NCBI GenBank assembly: GCA_963934165.1 | Contig: CAWVXH010000003.1 | Location: 43,102-107,101 of the forward strand | Source of the DNA: an uncultured Candidatus Poseidoniales archaeon | Lineage (GTDB): Archaea > Thermoplasmatota > Poseidoniia > Poseidoniales > Thalassarchaeaceae | Length of the DNA stretch: 64,000 nucleotides | Direction of reading: 5' to 3' | Part shown: positions 55,685-64,000 of the stretch, piece by piece | How the letters are laid out: every line of letters begins with the position of its first letter | Numbering within the stretch: the stretch's first letter is position 1 | Program-made: the position numbers and the translations under genes | Notes under the pieces: generated by a model | What the model was told of the DNA's origin: nothing | What the model saw: only the letters and a program-made list of their open reading frames with translations | Database searches by the model: none

Positions 55685-58600
55685 CAGTTTCCACCCCCAA
55701 TAGCATCATCTAGGACTTGATTAATGTCGAATGGTTCACCTTTGCGGCTTCGAGCAGGATCGATACTATCTTCTCCATACTCGAATTGAATGATGCGATC
55801 AGCAGTATTTCTGACAGATCTCATGTCATCATTTGAAACCTTCAAATCATCCATCGCGTTAATCAACCGGCGTTGCATATATCCAGATTTAGAAGTACGA
55901 ACTGCAGTATCGACCAAAGATTCCCGACCAGATACTGACAACATGAAAAACTCGGTTGGTTCAAGCCCACGCTTGAAAGAAGAAGATACGAAACCTTTCT
56001 CTTTAGCACCTTTAACTCCACGTTGGAAGTGAGTTAGGACACGCCCATGATAGCCGCGTTCCAATCTCTTACCACGAACTTTTGGTTGCCCGATTGAACC
56101 TGCCATCATAGCCAAGTTATCCATCGAACCACGTGCACCGGATGTTGCCATCAGAACTGCAGAGTTATCATCTCCAAGGAATGTCTTTGCAACATTACCT
56201 GATTCACCTTTACCTGAATCGAGAATTGTCAAAATATTCTCTTCAAGAGTCTCCATAGGTGTTCGGCCAGGACGAGCTTCGTAGCGGCGACCATCTTTTC
56301 CGAATTTTAATAATTCTTCATCGACAGCATCGCTAGCGCGCTTGTTAATTGCATCAATTTCTGCTTTTGCTTCCGGAGGCAAATCTTCGTCATCAATTCC
56401 GGTTGTGAATCCCATCGAAGTACAAATTGCAATCGTCATCCGTGTCATACGATTGATGAATTCAGCACCAACATCTGAGCCATGAGTTTGAACCACTGCA
56501 TCGAGTAATCGACCGTCTTCGGCACCAATCCCTCGTTTATCGATAGTTCCCGTAACTTTTCCATCTTTGACAATAACGTTATCACCAGATCGGCTCGTAT
56601 AATCTAGATTAAATCCAGTAGGTACAATCAGACTGAGAATATCAGTACCAAGATAACCAGTGACACCATCTCTTTCAATAGATTCTGGTAATTCACCATC
56701 CCATCCAACCGTTCCTAATACTTCCATCACTAATTTTTTCGGGAGGAATCTGTCACCATGTGTCAAAAGATATGCACCAGAAATGTGATCGTGTATTCCA
56801 CCGATAACAGATCCACCATAACGAGGTGTGATGATGTGTTCTTGGACTCTCATTAATATCTTAGCTTCTGCACGTGCTTCTTCAGATTGAATTACGTGAA
56901 GATTCATTTCATCTCCATCAAAATCCGCATTGTATGGAGTACAATCTGCGAGGTTGAATCTGAATGTCTTACCAGCCATCACTCTGATTTCATGAACCAT
57001 CATCGACATTCGATGAAGAGATGGTTGCCGATTGAATATCGTCACATCACCATCAATGAGATGGCGCTCAACTACAACACCAGGTCGTGGATTTCCGTCA
57101 CGGTCGAAAGTGCTTAGTCGATCTTCAACTTCAGTATGGTGGGACTCTCCGAAATCATTCTCAATAGAAGGGCTTCCACAGTGAGGGCAATTAATTTCAA
57201 GATGGGCAGGGAAGAATTCATCTGGATTTGAGTGTTCCCACTTCCAACGATAGTAAATTAGAGCACGTTCATCATCTTCTGCCAGGGGCTGACCGCGTTC
57301 ATCTTCACCTCTGAGGTTAGCAAGAGTTTTTTCGAGATCAACACCCCACTCTTCCTCTAATTCACCAAATGAATTTCTTCTCATTTGGCGCTTTAGCTCA
57401 ATACCGGGGAGGAAATTAGGAGCATGTAATACTTGGTCAAGATCTGCACGATATCCGTTGTATGGTACGTCCTCACTATCCGTAAGACAATCCGGGTTGA
57501 GACATCGGAAACCGGCCCAGATATATTTTGTTCGATCTGTGATTCGAACACGTAATCTATCTCCACGAATAATATAATTGACTCCTGGATGTACATCGGG
57601 ACCTCGTAGAATCATCTGCCGTAATTGTTCTCTATTTCGACTTGTAATTCGAATAGGGACGGTTAATTCTTTTGCAGTCTGAACTGGAATTCCAACTTCA
57701 TTGATACCAAGGTTTGGATCTGGAGAAATAACAGTACGCGCACAGAAATTAACACGCTTTCCTGAAAGGTTACTTCGGAATCTTCCTTCTTTACCCTTCA
57801 ACCGTTGAGTCAAAGTCTTCAATGGACGACCAGATCGGTGTCGAGCAGGAGGGATTCCTGCGGTTTGGTTATCGAAATAGGTAGTACAGTGGTACTGAAG
57901 TAATTCCCAAAGATCCTCTACAATCAATTGTGGGGCTCCAGCGTCACGATTTTCTCGTAGTCTCTGATTTATTCTTAGCACATCAACCAACTTGTGAGTT
58001 AAATCATCCTCTGATCTATCTCCACTATCCAGCGTAATTGATGGCCTGACCGTAATTGGAGGTACTGGTAAAACCTTCATAATTGTCCATTCAGGGCGGC
58101 TAGAGTGGTAATCCATACCAATAAAAATCAAATGTTGATCAGGTATTCTTTCTAACCATTCTCTAATATCACGAGCATTGAGTTTATGCTCACCCTTATT
58201 TTCTCTCTTTTCTTTGTAAGTTGAAGGTTTGTCTAGAATGATTTTACCTTGTTCTGAACCACAATGCATGCAAATAGTTCTCTTTTTGCTTGAACATTCT
58301 TTCTCAATATCCTTAATGATTTTTTTGAATTCACGTGATCCGACCCCATGTTTAATCATTACATCCTTCACACGATCACGATAGTAATCTTGCTCAGATT
58401 TCTCTGGGTCTAATGGGTGAGAGTTTATTTGGCTATGCAGAAGTATTTGACTACATGAATTACATGTAGATTTCAATGACATTTTAATTAAATCAGTGAA
58501 ACCAATGTGCATTACGGGAAGTTCAAGAGCAATGTGACCAAAGTGGCTTGGGCACTCTTCGTGCTTATTCCCACAAGTTTCACAACGCACTCCCGGATCT

Positions 58601-58776
58601 ATTACACCCATTTTTGGATCCATCAATCCCTGCTTGAATGCGTGACCATCGTCACGATAAGTATCTGCAGTCTTGACCTCGACAGAGGACATCTTTCGAA
58701 TCTCATTTGGATCCATTAGACTGAATTTAATTGAGTCAATCCTCTTAGGAATTTTTGCAACATCTTTAGTACTCAT
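55684..58776 (-). CDS. rpoA1: DNA-directed RNA polymerase subunit A' with ~145-aa lineage-specific insertion
   Basis: Zn motifs CETCG..CPSHFGH; [12 protein letters not shown]; [10 protein letters not shown] catalytic loop. Confidence 0.95.
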   Translation of the reverse strand: MSTKDVAKIPKRIDSIKFSLMDPNEIRKMSSVEVKTADTYRDDGHAFKQGLMDPKMGVIDPGVRCETCGNKHEECPSHFGHIALELPVMHIGFTDLIKMSLKSTCNSCSQILLHSQINSHPLDPEKSEQDYYRDRVKDVMIKHGVGSREFKKIIKDIEKECSSKKRTICMHCGSEQGKIILDKPSTYKEKRENKGEHKLNARDIREWLERIPDQHLIFIGMDYHSSRPEWTIMKVLPVPPITVRPSITLDSGDRSEDDLTHKLVDVLRINQRLRENRDAGAPQLIVEDLWELLQYHCTTYFDNQTAGIPPARHRSGRPLKTLTQRLKGKEGRFRSNLSGKRVNFCARTVISPDPNLGINEVGIPVQTAKELTVPIRITSRNREQLRQMILRGPDVHPGVNYIIRGDRLRVRITDRTKYIWAGFRCLNPDCLTDSEDVPYNGYRADLDQVLHAPNFLPGIELKRQMRRNSFGELEEEWGVDLEKTLANLRGEDERGQPLAEDDERALIYYRWKWEHSNPDEFFPAHLEINCPHCGSPSIENDFGESHHTEVEDRLSTFDRDGNPRPGVVVERHLIDGDVTIFNRQPSLHRMSMMVHEIRVMAGKTFRFNLADCTPYNADFDGDEMNLHVIQSEEARAEAKILMRVQEHIITPRYGGSVIGGIHDHISGAYLLTHGDRFLPKKLVMEVLGTVGWDGELPESIERDGVTGYLGTDILSLIVPTGFNLDYTSRSGDNVIVKDGKVTGTIDKRGIGAEDGRLLDAVVQTHGSDVGAEFINRMTRMTIAICTSMGFTTGIDDEDLPPEAKAEIDAINKRASDAVDEELLKFGKDGRRYEARPGRTPMETLEENILTILDSGKGESGNVAKTFLGDDNSAVLMATSGARGSMDNLAMMAGSIGQPKVRGKRLERGYHGRVLTHFQRGVKGAKEKGFVSSSFKRGLEPTEFFMLSVSGRESLVDTAVRTSKSGYMQRRLINAMDDLKVSNDDMRSVRNTADRIIQFEYGEDSIDPARSRKGEPFDINQVLDDAIGGGN

Positions 58777-61700
58777 TTTCGGTCCTCCAGCTCAAGTCTC
58801 ATAGCGACCCCTAAACTCTTCATCTCGTCTAGAAGTAGCTTGAATGCATATGAAGTTTGGACAGTGTGAACATCAGCACGATCACCACAATAAGGACAAA
58901 CACTAGTTCGGCGTTTCCAATCATAGTAAGCGATATGCCCACAACCACTAGTGTTACAGACCATTAAGTTCCATCCATCAGACTCATCGAGTAATCTATC
59001 TTTGATAACCATCGATGCACCGTGTGAAATCAAACAATCACGCTCCATTTCACCAAATCTTAGTCCACCCTGTCGTGCACGTCCTTCGGTTGGTTGACGG
59101 GTAAGAATTTGCACGCGTCCGCGACTTCTTGCGTGGATTTTACTACTTACTAAGTGGTGCAGTCTTTGGTAGTAAATTACACCGACAAAGATATCTGCAG
59201 GATATTCTTCACCTGTTTCACCATTAATCATTATTTCACGACCGGTATGGTTGAAGCCATTACGTAAGAGACCGGCTCTAACAGATTCTTCCTTTTCACC
59301 AGTGAATGCTGTTCCATCGACCTTTCGACCTTCCATGGAACCGACCTTTCCACCAATCATTTCGAGAACGTGAGCGACTGTCATTCGCGAAGGAATAGCG
59401 TGTGGATTGATAAGAACATCAGGTACGACACCGTCAACAGTGAAAGGAAGATTTTCTGAATCTACCAATCTACCAATGACACCTTTCTGGCCGTGGCGCG
59501 AAGCAAATTTATCTCCCAACTCAGGGATTTTATTAGTACGTAAAGTGATTCTAACCAATCTTGTAGAATCAAGTGATTCAGTAACGAAGACATTGTCCAC
59601 CCAACCGTATTCACCGTGACGAACCATCATCGAAGATTCACGACGTTCTTGTGCTTGTAGGAAAGCTCCTGCCGCTTCCTCAAGGAAACGTGGAGGACTA
59701 GTCTTCCCAACTAATACCTTAGAATCCACCTTACCACTTGTTAGGAATTCTTCAGGAGTAGGTAAACCATCTCTTTCAAGATGCGAATAATTATCCCATG
59801 ATTTTAATCCTTTAATTTCATCGAGCCCAGTGCCTGGAATTTCGATTCTCTCTTCTTGACCACCAGGGAATCTTTTATTCTCAGCGGTATAAGTTCGAAT
59901 GAAAGAGGAGCGGCCTAATGATCTTTCGACAGATGCACGATTCATGATGATTGCATCCTGCATGTTATATCCATGATGACTCATGATTGCGACCACGTAA
60001 TTTTGCCCTCCAGGACGACGCAGGAAACCAGTTGACTGCATTGCTCGTGTACCAACTATCGATCGTTGAGGGTAGTGCAGAATATGCGCTCTTGTATCAG
60101 GACGCAATCTGTAATTAGCACTTGGTAGTCCAAGGCTCTGTTTGACCATCGCCGTTCCACCCGTAACTCTTGGTGTTGAGTTGTGCTCTGGATATGGTAC
60201 TAGAGATGCACAAACACCTAAAATTAGTTGAGGATCTACTTCTACATGAGTATAAACTAGGATTGTGTGATTCTTTTGTTGTTTCTTAGCTAGAATGTCA
60301 ATATCAGTCTGATAATAGCTAAGTGGAACACTGAAATTTTCAATTTTCTTTTCACCGTTTGAGAGTTGAACTTCAACACGGAGTTTCGCCTTAGAAATTT
60401 CTGGTTCACCCAAGTTCATCCATTCAACCTTTGCAGGGTTAATTGGTCGGCCAAATTTTGGTGATGCTTGAGGAATATCGAAAGGACGTGGAGCGACCAA
60501 TAAATCCTCTTCTTCTTCAGCATCTACCCATTCTACAACTCCTGAAGACACCAAATCATTGAAGATGATTTCACCAGTTCTTAGACCTTCTAAATGTTGT
60601 TTTGATAATTTTAAACTTCCATGCTCGAGAACTAGAAGTGGACGAAGAATTCGTCCACGATCGGTATTTATGAATACATCTTTGTTTTCAGTATCATGAC
60701 GAATACTAACCTCATGTCGAATACGACCAGCTCGTCGGCGGGCCTTGAATTGAGCGACCAGTTTCTTTGGACGCTTGTGTAGACCGAAAATGTCCCCATT
60801 GACGTGAATTCTGGAACCATCTGCCCAACCGGCGGGTGAATCATCAACACCTGCTTCCTTTAGTAGTTCTTTGACATCATCTGATGGCACGTCTTCAGAA
60901 ACGTCAATCATCTGAGCTGCGTTCTTTACAAGACCGCAATTTTGACCTTCGGGAGTCTCATTTGGACACAACCTCCCCCAATGTGTTGGATGAAGGTCTC
61001 GTGCTTCGAAATGAGGTTGACTTCGAACTAATGGACTGGTAACTCGTCGCATATGTGACAGAGCGGACAAATAGGTTGTTCTATCTAGTAATTGGCTAAC
61101 ACCTGAACGACCGCCGACCCAATTACCTGTAGCGAGTGCATGCATGATTTTTGAGGTCAAGACATCAGGCCTTAGACAAGCATTAATTTTGAGATCTCGC
61201 TTACGGTTGTGGTGTCTTTCTAGTTGATATTTTAGATCTCTAGCTAATTGTTGCAAACTAACTCGGAAGAGATCTTCAATTAAATCTCCAGCCAAGCGAA
61301 CACGCTTATTTGCGTAGTGATCCTTATCGTTTGGATCTCGATTTGTAATTGCCATCTCGAGGACTTGACGGACAATACGTCCAAGAAAAATTGCTTTTTT
61401 CTCACGTACATCAGGACCATCACCTAGATGAGGGAGAAGTTCTTTGTCCAACATATTCTGAATTCTAGATTCACGATACTCCTTCTGTTGCCCTGCTGCG
61501 AATTTCTTCTCGAGCCACGCAACTGCTTCGTCTTGAGTTTCCACACCATATTCTTCATTGTCTTTGACGTCGTTAAGGTTTGCAACGGTATATTTCATTG
61601 CTGCGACTGGCCCTGCGATTGCTGCAAAAATCTCTCGGTCATTTTCCATACCTAGTGCTCGCATAAGAAGAACGACTGGAATTGCAGCGGTTCCGGCACT

Positions 61701-62480
61701 TGGAATTTTTACCATAAGCATGCCATCACGACGCTTTTCCACGTTCAGAGGTTTTCGAACACCGTCTTTTTGAGAGAAAATCTTAGCAACTTCAGTTTCA
61801 TGGGCATATTTTTTATTCTTTTCTACCGTAACTCGATTGGGTGCCAAATCTTCCATTGAAATTAGAACTCTCTCAGTTCCATTAATGATAAAATAACCGC
61901 CCGTATCCATTGGATCCTCTCCAGCTTTTTGCCTCAGAGAAACAAGATATTCAGCATCTTCTTCAGATGTATGAGGTGAAAGTTTCCGATTCTCGTCGAT
62001 GTGATCGGAATGTACATTACATCGAGCGGATTTCACCATTATAGGTAAATTTCCAATGTGAACACTAGGTTCATCGACAACTCCGTGAGTATCTCCTGCC
62101 TCGGGAGGGATATCATCACGATAAATTTTGAAATCCATGTAAATAGGTGAAAAATAGGTGAGCTTTCTGACACGGCATTCCATTGGAGTAGCAGGGTGTT
62201 CAGCACCATTTGCTTCCCGTATAGTAGGCTTGCCTAATCTAAGACCCTTCAATCGAACAAAAATTTCTTTGTCTAAAACGTCGAGTTTGATTGCGCCCCC
62301 GCCAGTTTCCCCGCCAGGAATCATATCTAGGGGTTCATCAGTTCCAATTCGGATATTTCTAACGATTTTTTCCATACGGCTTGCACGTGCTTCACCGCCT
62401 AGAATACAATCGTTATATGATGCAAGTTGGTGGTTTACCATGCTTCGTCTTTGAAAATAACTCTCTACAATTTCCTTCAT
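58773..62480 (-). CDS. rpoB: DNA-directed RNA polymerase subunit B (unsplit)
   Basis: Single 1235-aa ORF with GRHGQKG-type (ASRHGQKGV), GEMERDCLISHGA and the C-terminal Zn ribbon CNTSGC...CPYCG. Confidence 0.95.
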   Translation of the reverse strand: MKEIVESYFQRRSMVNHQLASYNDCILGGEARASRMEKIVRNIRIGTDEPLDMIPGGETGGGAIKLDVLDKEIFVRLKGLRLGKPTIREANGAEHPATPMECRVRKLTYFSPIYMDFKIYRDDIPPEAGDTHGVVDEPSVHIGNLPIMVKSARCNVHSDHIDENRKLSPHTSEEDAEYLVSLRQKAGEDPMDTGGYFIINGTERVLISMEDLAPNRVTVEKNKKYAHETEVAKIFSQKDGVRKPLNVEKRRDGMLMVKIPSAGTAAIPVVLLMRALGMENDREIFAAIAGPVAAMKYTVANLNDVKDNEEYGVETQDEAVAWLEKKFAAGQQKEYRESRIQNMLDKELLPHLGDGPDVREKKAIFLGRIVRQVLEMAITNRDPNDKDHYANKRVRLAGDLIEDLFRVSLQQLARDLKYQLERHHNRKRDLKINACLRPDVLTSKIMHALATGNWVGGRSGVSQLLDRTTYLSALSHMRRVTSPLVRSQPHFEARDLHPTHWGRLCPNETPEGQNCGLVKNAAQMIDVSEDVPSDDVKELLKEAGVDDSPAGWADGSRIHVNGDIFGLHKRPKKLVAQFKARRRAGRIRHEVSIRHDTENKDVFINTDRGRILRPLLVLEHGSLKLSKQHLEGLRTGEIIFNDLVSSGVVEWVDAEEEEDLLVAPRPFDIPQASPKFGRPINPAKVEWMNLGEPEISKAKLRVEVQLSNGEKKIENFSVPLSYYQTDIDILAKKQQKNHTILVYTHVEVDPQLILGVCASLVPYPEHNSTPRVTGGTAMVKQSLGLPSANYRLRPDTRAHILHYPQRSIVGTRAMQSTGFLRRPGGQNYVVAIMSHHGYNMQDAIIMNRASVERSLGRSSFIRTYTAENKRFPGGQEERIEIPGTGLDEIKGLKSWDNYSHLERDGLPTPEEFLTSGKVDSKVLVGKTSPPRFLEEAAGAFLQAQERRESSMMVRHGEYGWVDNVFVTESLDSTRLVRITLRTNKIPELGDKFASRHGQKGVIGRLVDSENLPFTVDGVVPDVLINPHAIPSRMTVAHVLEMIGGKVGSMEGRKVDGTAFTGEKEESVRAGLLRNGFNHTGREIMINGETGEEYPADIFVGVIYYQRLHHLVSSKIHARSRGRVQILTRQPTEGRARQGGLRFGEMERDCLISHGASMVIKDRLLDESDGWNLMVCNTSGCGHIAYYDWKRRTSVCPYCGDRADVHTVQTSYAFKLLLDEMKSLGVAMRLELEDRK

Positions 62481-62492
62481 TTAATCAACCCC

Positions 62493-63080
62493 TCACGTAT
62501 TCTCCACAATTAGTCGGAAAGCAGTACTTGAACCTGCAGATCTGCTATACCTGTCGACCCGCACAACCCTGTTAGTTAACCATCCAGCAGGTAATTCATG
62601 GTTATCAATTTCTTCTGTTTCCTTTATTGATTGAATTGCTGGATCTGTAATCAAAATTTTAGGAAGTAATTCTTTGGCCAATCTGCTGGTCCCATCAACA
62701 TCTGGTTGAATCAGATTCCAAGGAGCTAATACTGATGCTTCCTCTTCGACAGGAACTAATTCGTGATGAGGAACCAAGAAGTGATTTAAGACATTAAAAC
62801 GGTCAATGCCTTGAGGGATATCTTCATCGAGAATAGCCTTTCTAGATATTGTAATTCTACTACTACGACTTCGCTTACGGGATGCCATTTGTTCACGGAT
62901 AATTCCCATGATGTTTTCCAAATCAGAATCGCCAGATTTGAGATCAACCTTCTTTGCAACCTGTTCAACGGTCATACGCTTAATTGCGTCCATGTTTGCG
63001 TCGTCGGCAAGTTTGTGCGCGTGCTCCTCAGAGACACCCAATTCCATTAGTCGCTTTTTTGTTGAACTCTTAACTGCCAA
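62493..63080 (-). CDS. rpoH: DNA-directed RNA polymerase subunit H with ~90-aa N-terminal extension
   Basis: Core HFLVPHHELV...LPKILITDPA...RVDRYSRSAGSSTAFRLIV. The TTG at 63080 gives an N-terminus (M)AVKSSTKKR, parallel to the RpoA'' [10 protein letters not shown]. Confidence 0.85.
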   Translation of the reverse strand: MAVKSSTKKRLMELGVSEEHAHKLADDANMDAIKRMTVEQVAKKVDLKSGDSDLENIMGIIREQMASRKRSRSSRITISRKAILDEDIPQGIDRFNVLNHFLVPHHELVPVEEEASVLAPWNLIQPDVDGTSRLAKELLPKILITDPAIQSIKETEEIDNHELPAGWLTNRVVRVDRYSRSAGSSTAFRLIVENT

Positions 63081-63128
63081 ATCATCGCCCCGGGCCAGCA
63101 AAAACCGTGAGCCTGCGGCTTAGTCAGG

Positions 63129-63202
63129 CGGGCCCGAGGGGATTCGAACCCCTGGCCACCGGGTTAAAAGCCCGGCGCTCTACCTGACTAAGCTACAGGC
63201 CC
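63129..63202 (-). tRNA. tRNA-Lys (anticodon UUU), CCA not encoded
   Basis: Minus strand GGGCCUG-UA-GCUU-AGUCAGGUA-GAGC-G-CCGGG-CUUUUAA-CCCGG-UGGCC-AGGGG-UUCGAAU-CCCCU-CGGGCCC-G. All four arms pair. Confidence 0.9.
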
Positions 63203-63365
63203 ATAGCTGATGCTGGGCTATCGGCGGACTGAAGGGGCCTTTATGAAACTGATGGTAGAGGCATGGCTAACACTGAGGGAGGGGGGGCTCCCCCGGAAGC
63301 CGGAGGGACGACCATAATTGAGGCACTGCTGACATAAAGGTTTGTGAAAAATAGGGGGATTTGAT

Positions 63366-64000
63366 ATGAAAAATAGGGATTTACCAGAGATATCATTCCC
63401 CAAAGCAGATGTGGAATCAAAAATTATAAATTTCAAAATTTCTGAAAGTATTTCTTACGATTTGGTGATACCAAAATCTGTTTACCCACCAAGGGAAGAT
63501 ACGCGACTCTTGTCCAATACTTTGAACATGTTAGATGGCAAGGTTGGAAATGCAATTGAAATCGGATCTGGATCAGGGATATTATCAATTCAATTAGCAA
63601 ATTTAGGCTGGAAAGTAAAAGCATATGATGTAAATCCACTAGCCTCAACAGCAACCAAGCACAACGTTGCAATAGCCGGCCTGAGCAAACAAGTAGATGT
63701 TGAAGAAGGGGGATTAGGAGATTTTGAATTCAACCTCAATAATACTGATTTATTAATTTGGAATTTACCTTATCTGACTCCGCCATCCTCTGATGAACAA
63801 CACCTTGAGTGGATAGAAGAAGCCTCGATGTCAGACTTACCCGGTAGCGGTTGGTCAGGAGAATTGATAAATTACTTGGATAAACATAGAACTAATATTA
63901 ATCCCAATTTGCTAATACTTTTATTATTTCGGACCGAACCTCAGAGTCCGAGTCTACCAGCGGATTGGGCAAATTCAGGCTGGTCGATAAGACAAGTAAA
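63366..64000 (+). CDS. Class I SAM-dependent methyltransferase, HemK/Mtq2-like (3' end outside window)
   Basis: My own translation of the open frame from ATG 63366: VYPPREDTRLL, IEIGSGSGILS (motif I), WNLPYL (NPPY-like). Absent from the ORF track because there is no stop in the window. Confidence 0.65.
   Translation, partial: MKNRDLPEISFPKADVESKIINFKISESISYDLVIPKSVYPPREDTRLLSNTLNMLDGKVGNAIEIGSGSGILSIQLANLGWKVKAYDVNPLASTATKHNVAIAGLSKQVDVEEGGLGDFEFNLNNTDLLIWNLPYLTPPSSDEQHLEWIEEASMSDLPGSGWSGELINYLDKHRTNINPNLLILLLFRTEPQSPSLPADWANSGWSIRQV

Noticed and set aside
57079-57525. Intein as the explanation for the RpoA' insertion
   Set aside because: Too short. It lacks N-terminal Cys/Ser plus block B TxxH and a C-terminal HN followed by Cys/Ser/Thr. 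The flanks are not at a typical intein insertion site.
63207-63278. Possible C/D-box sRNA (TGATGC ... CTGA ... TGATGG ... CTGA)
   Set aside because: Both C-like boxes lack the terminal GA of RUGAUGA needed for the k-turn. The box spacings (about 15-17 nt) do not fit the 12-nt archaeal guide rule. Kept only as part of the broader GC-rich-element finding.
1-64000. CRISPR arrays, IS elements, integrases, prophage or toxin-antitoxin modules
   Set aside because: Scanning the translations and intergenic regions showed no repeat-spacer arrays, transposase or integrase motifs, or small paired TA-like ORFs. The tRNA genes show no flanking integrase or direct repeats that I could see.

Overview
Visibly AT-rich, very gene-dense archaeal chromosome segment. 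Convergent genes abut with zero spacer at 30614/30615 and 52769/52770. I saw no rRNA, CRISPR array, transposase or integrase. The archaeal assignment rests on the rpoH-rpoB-rpoA'-rpoA''-rpl30e string, aCPSF1/FttA, proteasome beta, tRNA-splicing endonuclease, S3Ae and an archaeal-type SRP RNA. An unsplit rpoB, a futalosine-type radical SAM gene, a bacterial-type PlsC acyltransferase, anchored surface proteins or peptidases and the low GC suggest a Thermoplasmatota / Marine Group II-like lineage; that placement is inference only. Housekeeping content: valS, trpS, pyrD, topA, geranylgeranyl reductase, pepP, pntAA-pntAB-pntB, mdh, thyA-folA, pdxS, a 7Fe-type ferredoxin, MTA phosphorylase-like, SepF-like, ZPR1-like, tRNA-Pro(UGG), tRNA-Lys(UUU) and SRP RNA. 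The best candidate for an undescribed system is the locus at about 44.7-52.8 kb. It consists of two divergent, tightly coupled operons. Together they encode four paralogous COG1340-like coiled-coil proteins, a polytopic membrane protein, a DtxR/MntR-family metalloregulator, and a CARDB-like surface protein with two cytoplasmic zinc ribbons. A perfect palindrome lies next to the TATA-like box in the shared promoter region. The second theme is lineage-specific add-ons on core information-processing proteins. RpoH and RpoA'' share a homologous N-terminal HhH-like module. RpoA' carries a roughly 145-aa four-Cys insertion. S3Ae carries an acidic linker plus a SAP/HeH-like tail. TopA ends in a triple helical repeat instead of Zn fingers. 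Other points: an orphan CcmE homolog with the CxxxY variant motif, and a TatC-like fusion protein translationally coupled to a secreted CxCH beta-rich membrane protein. All functional calls come from reading motifs by eye, with no database search, so coordinates of starts and RNA ends are approximate.
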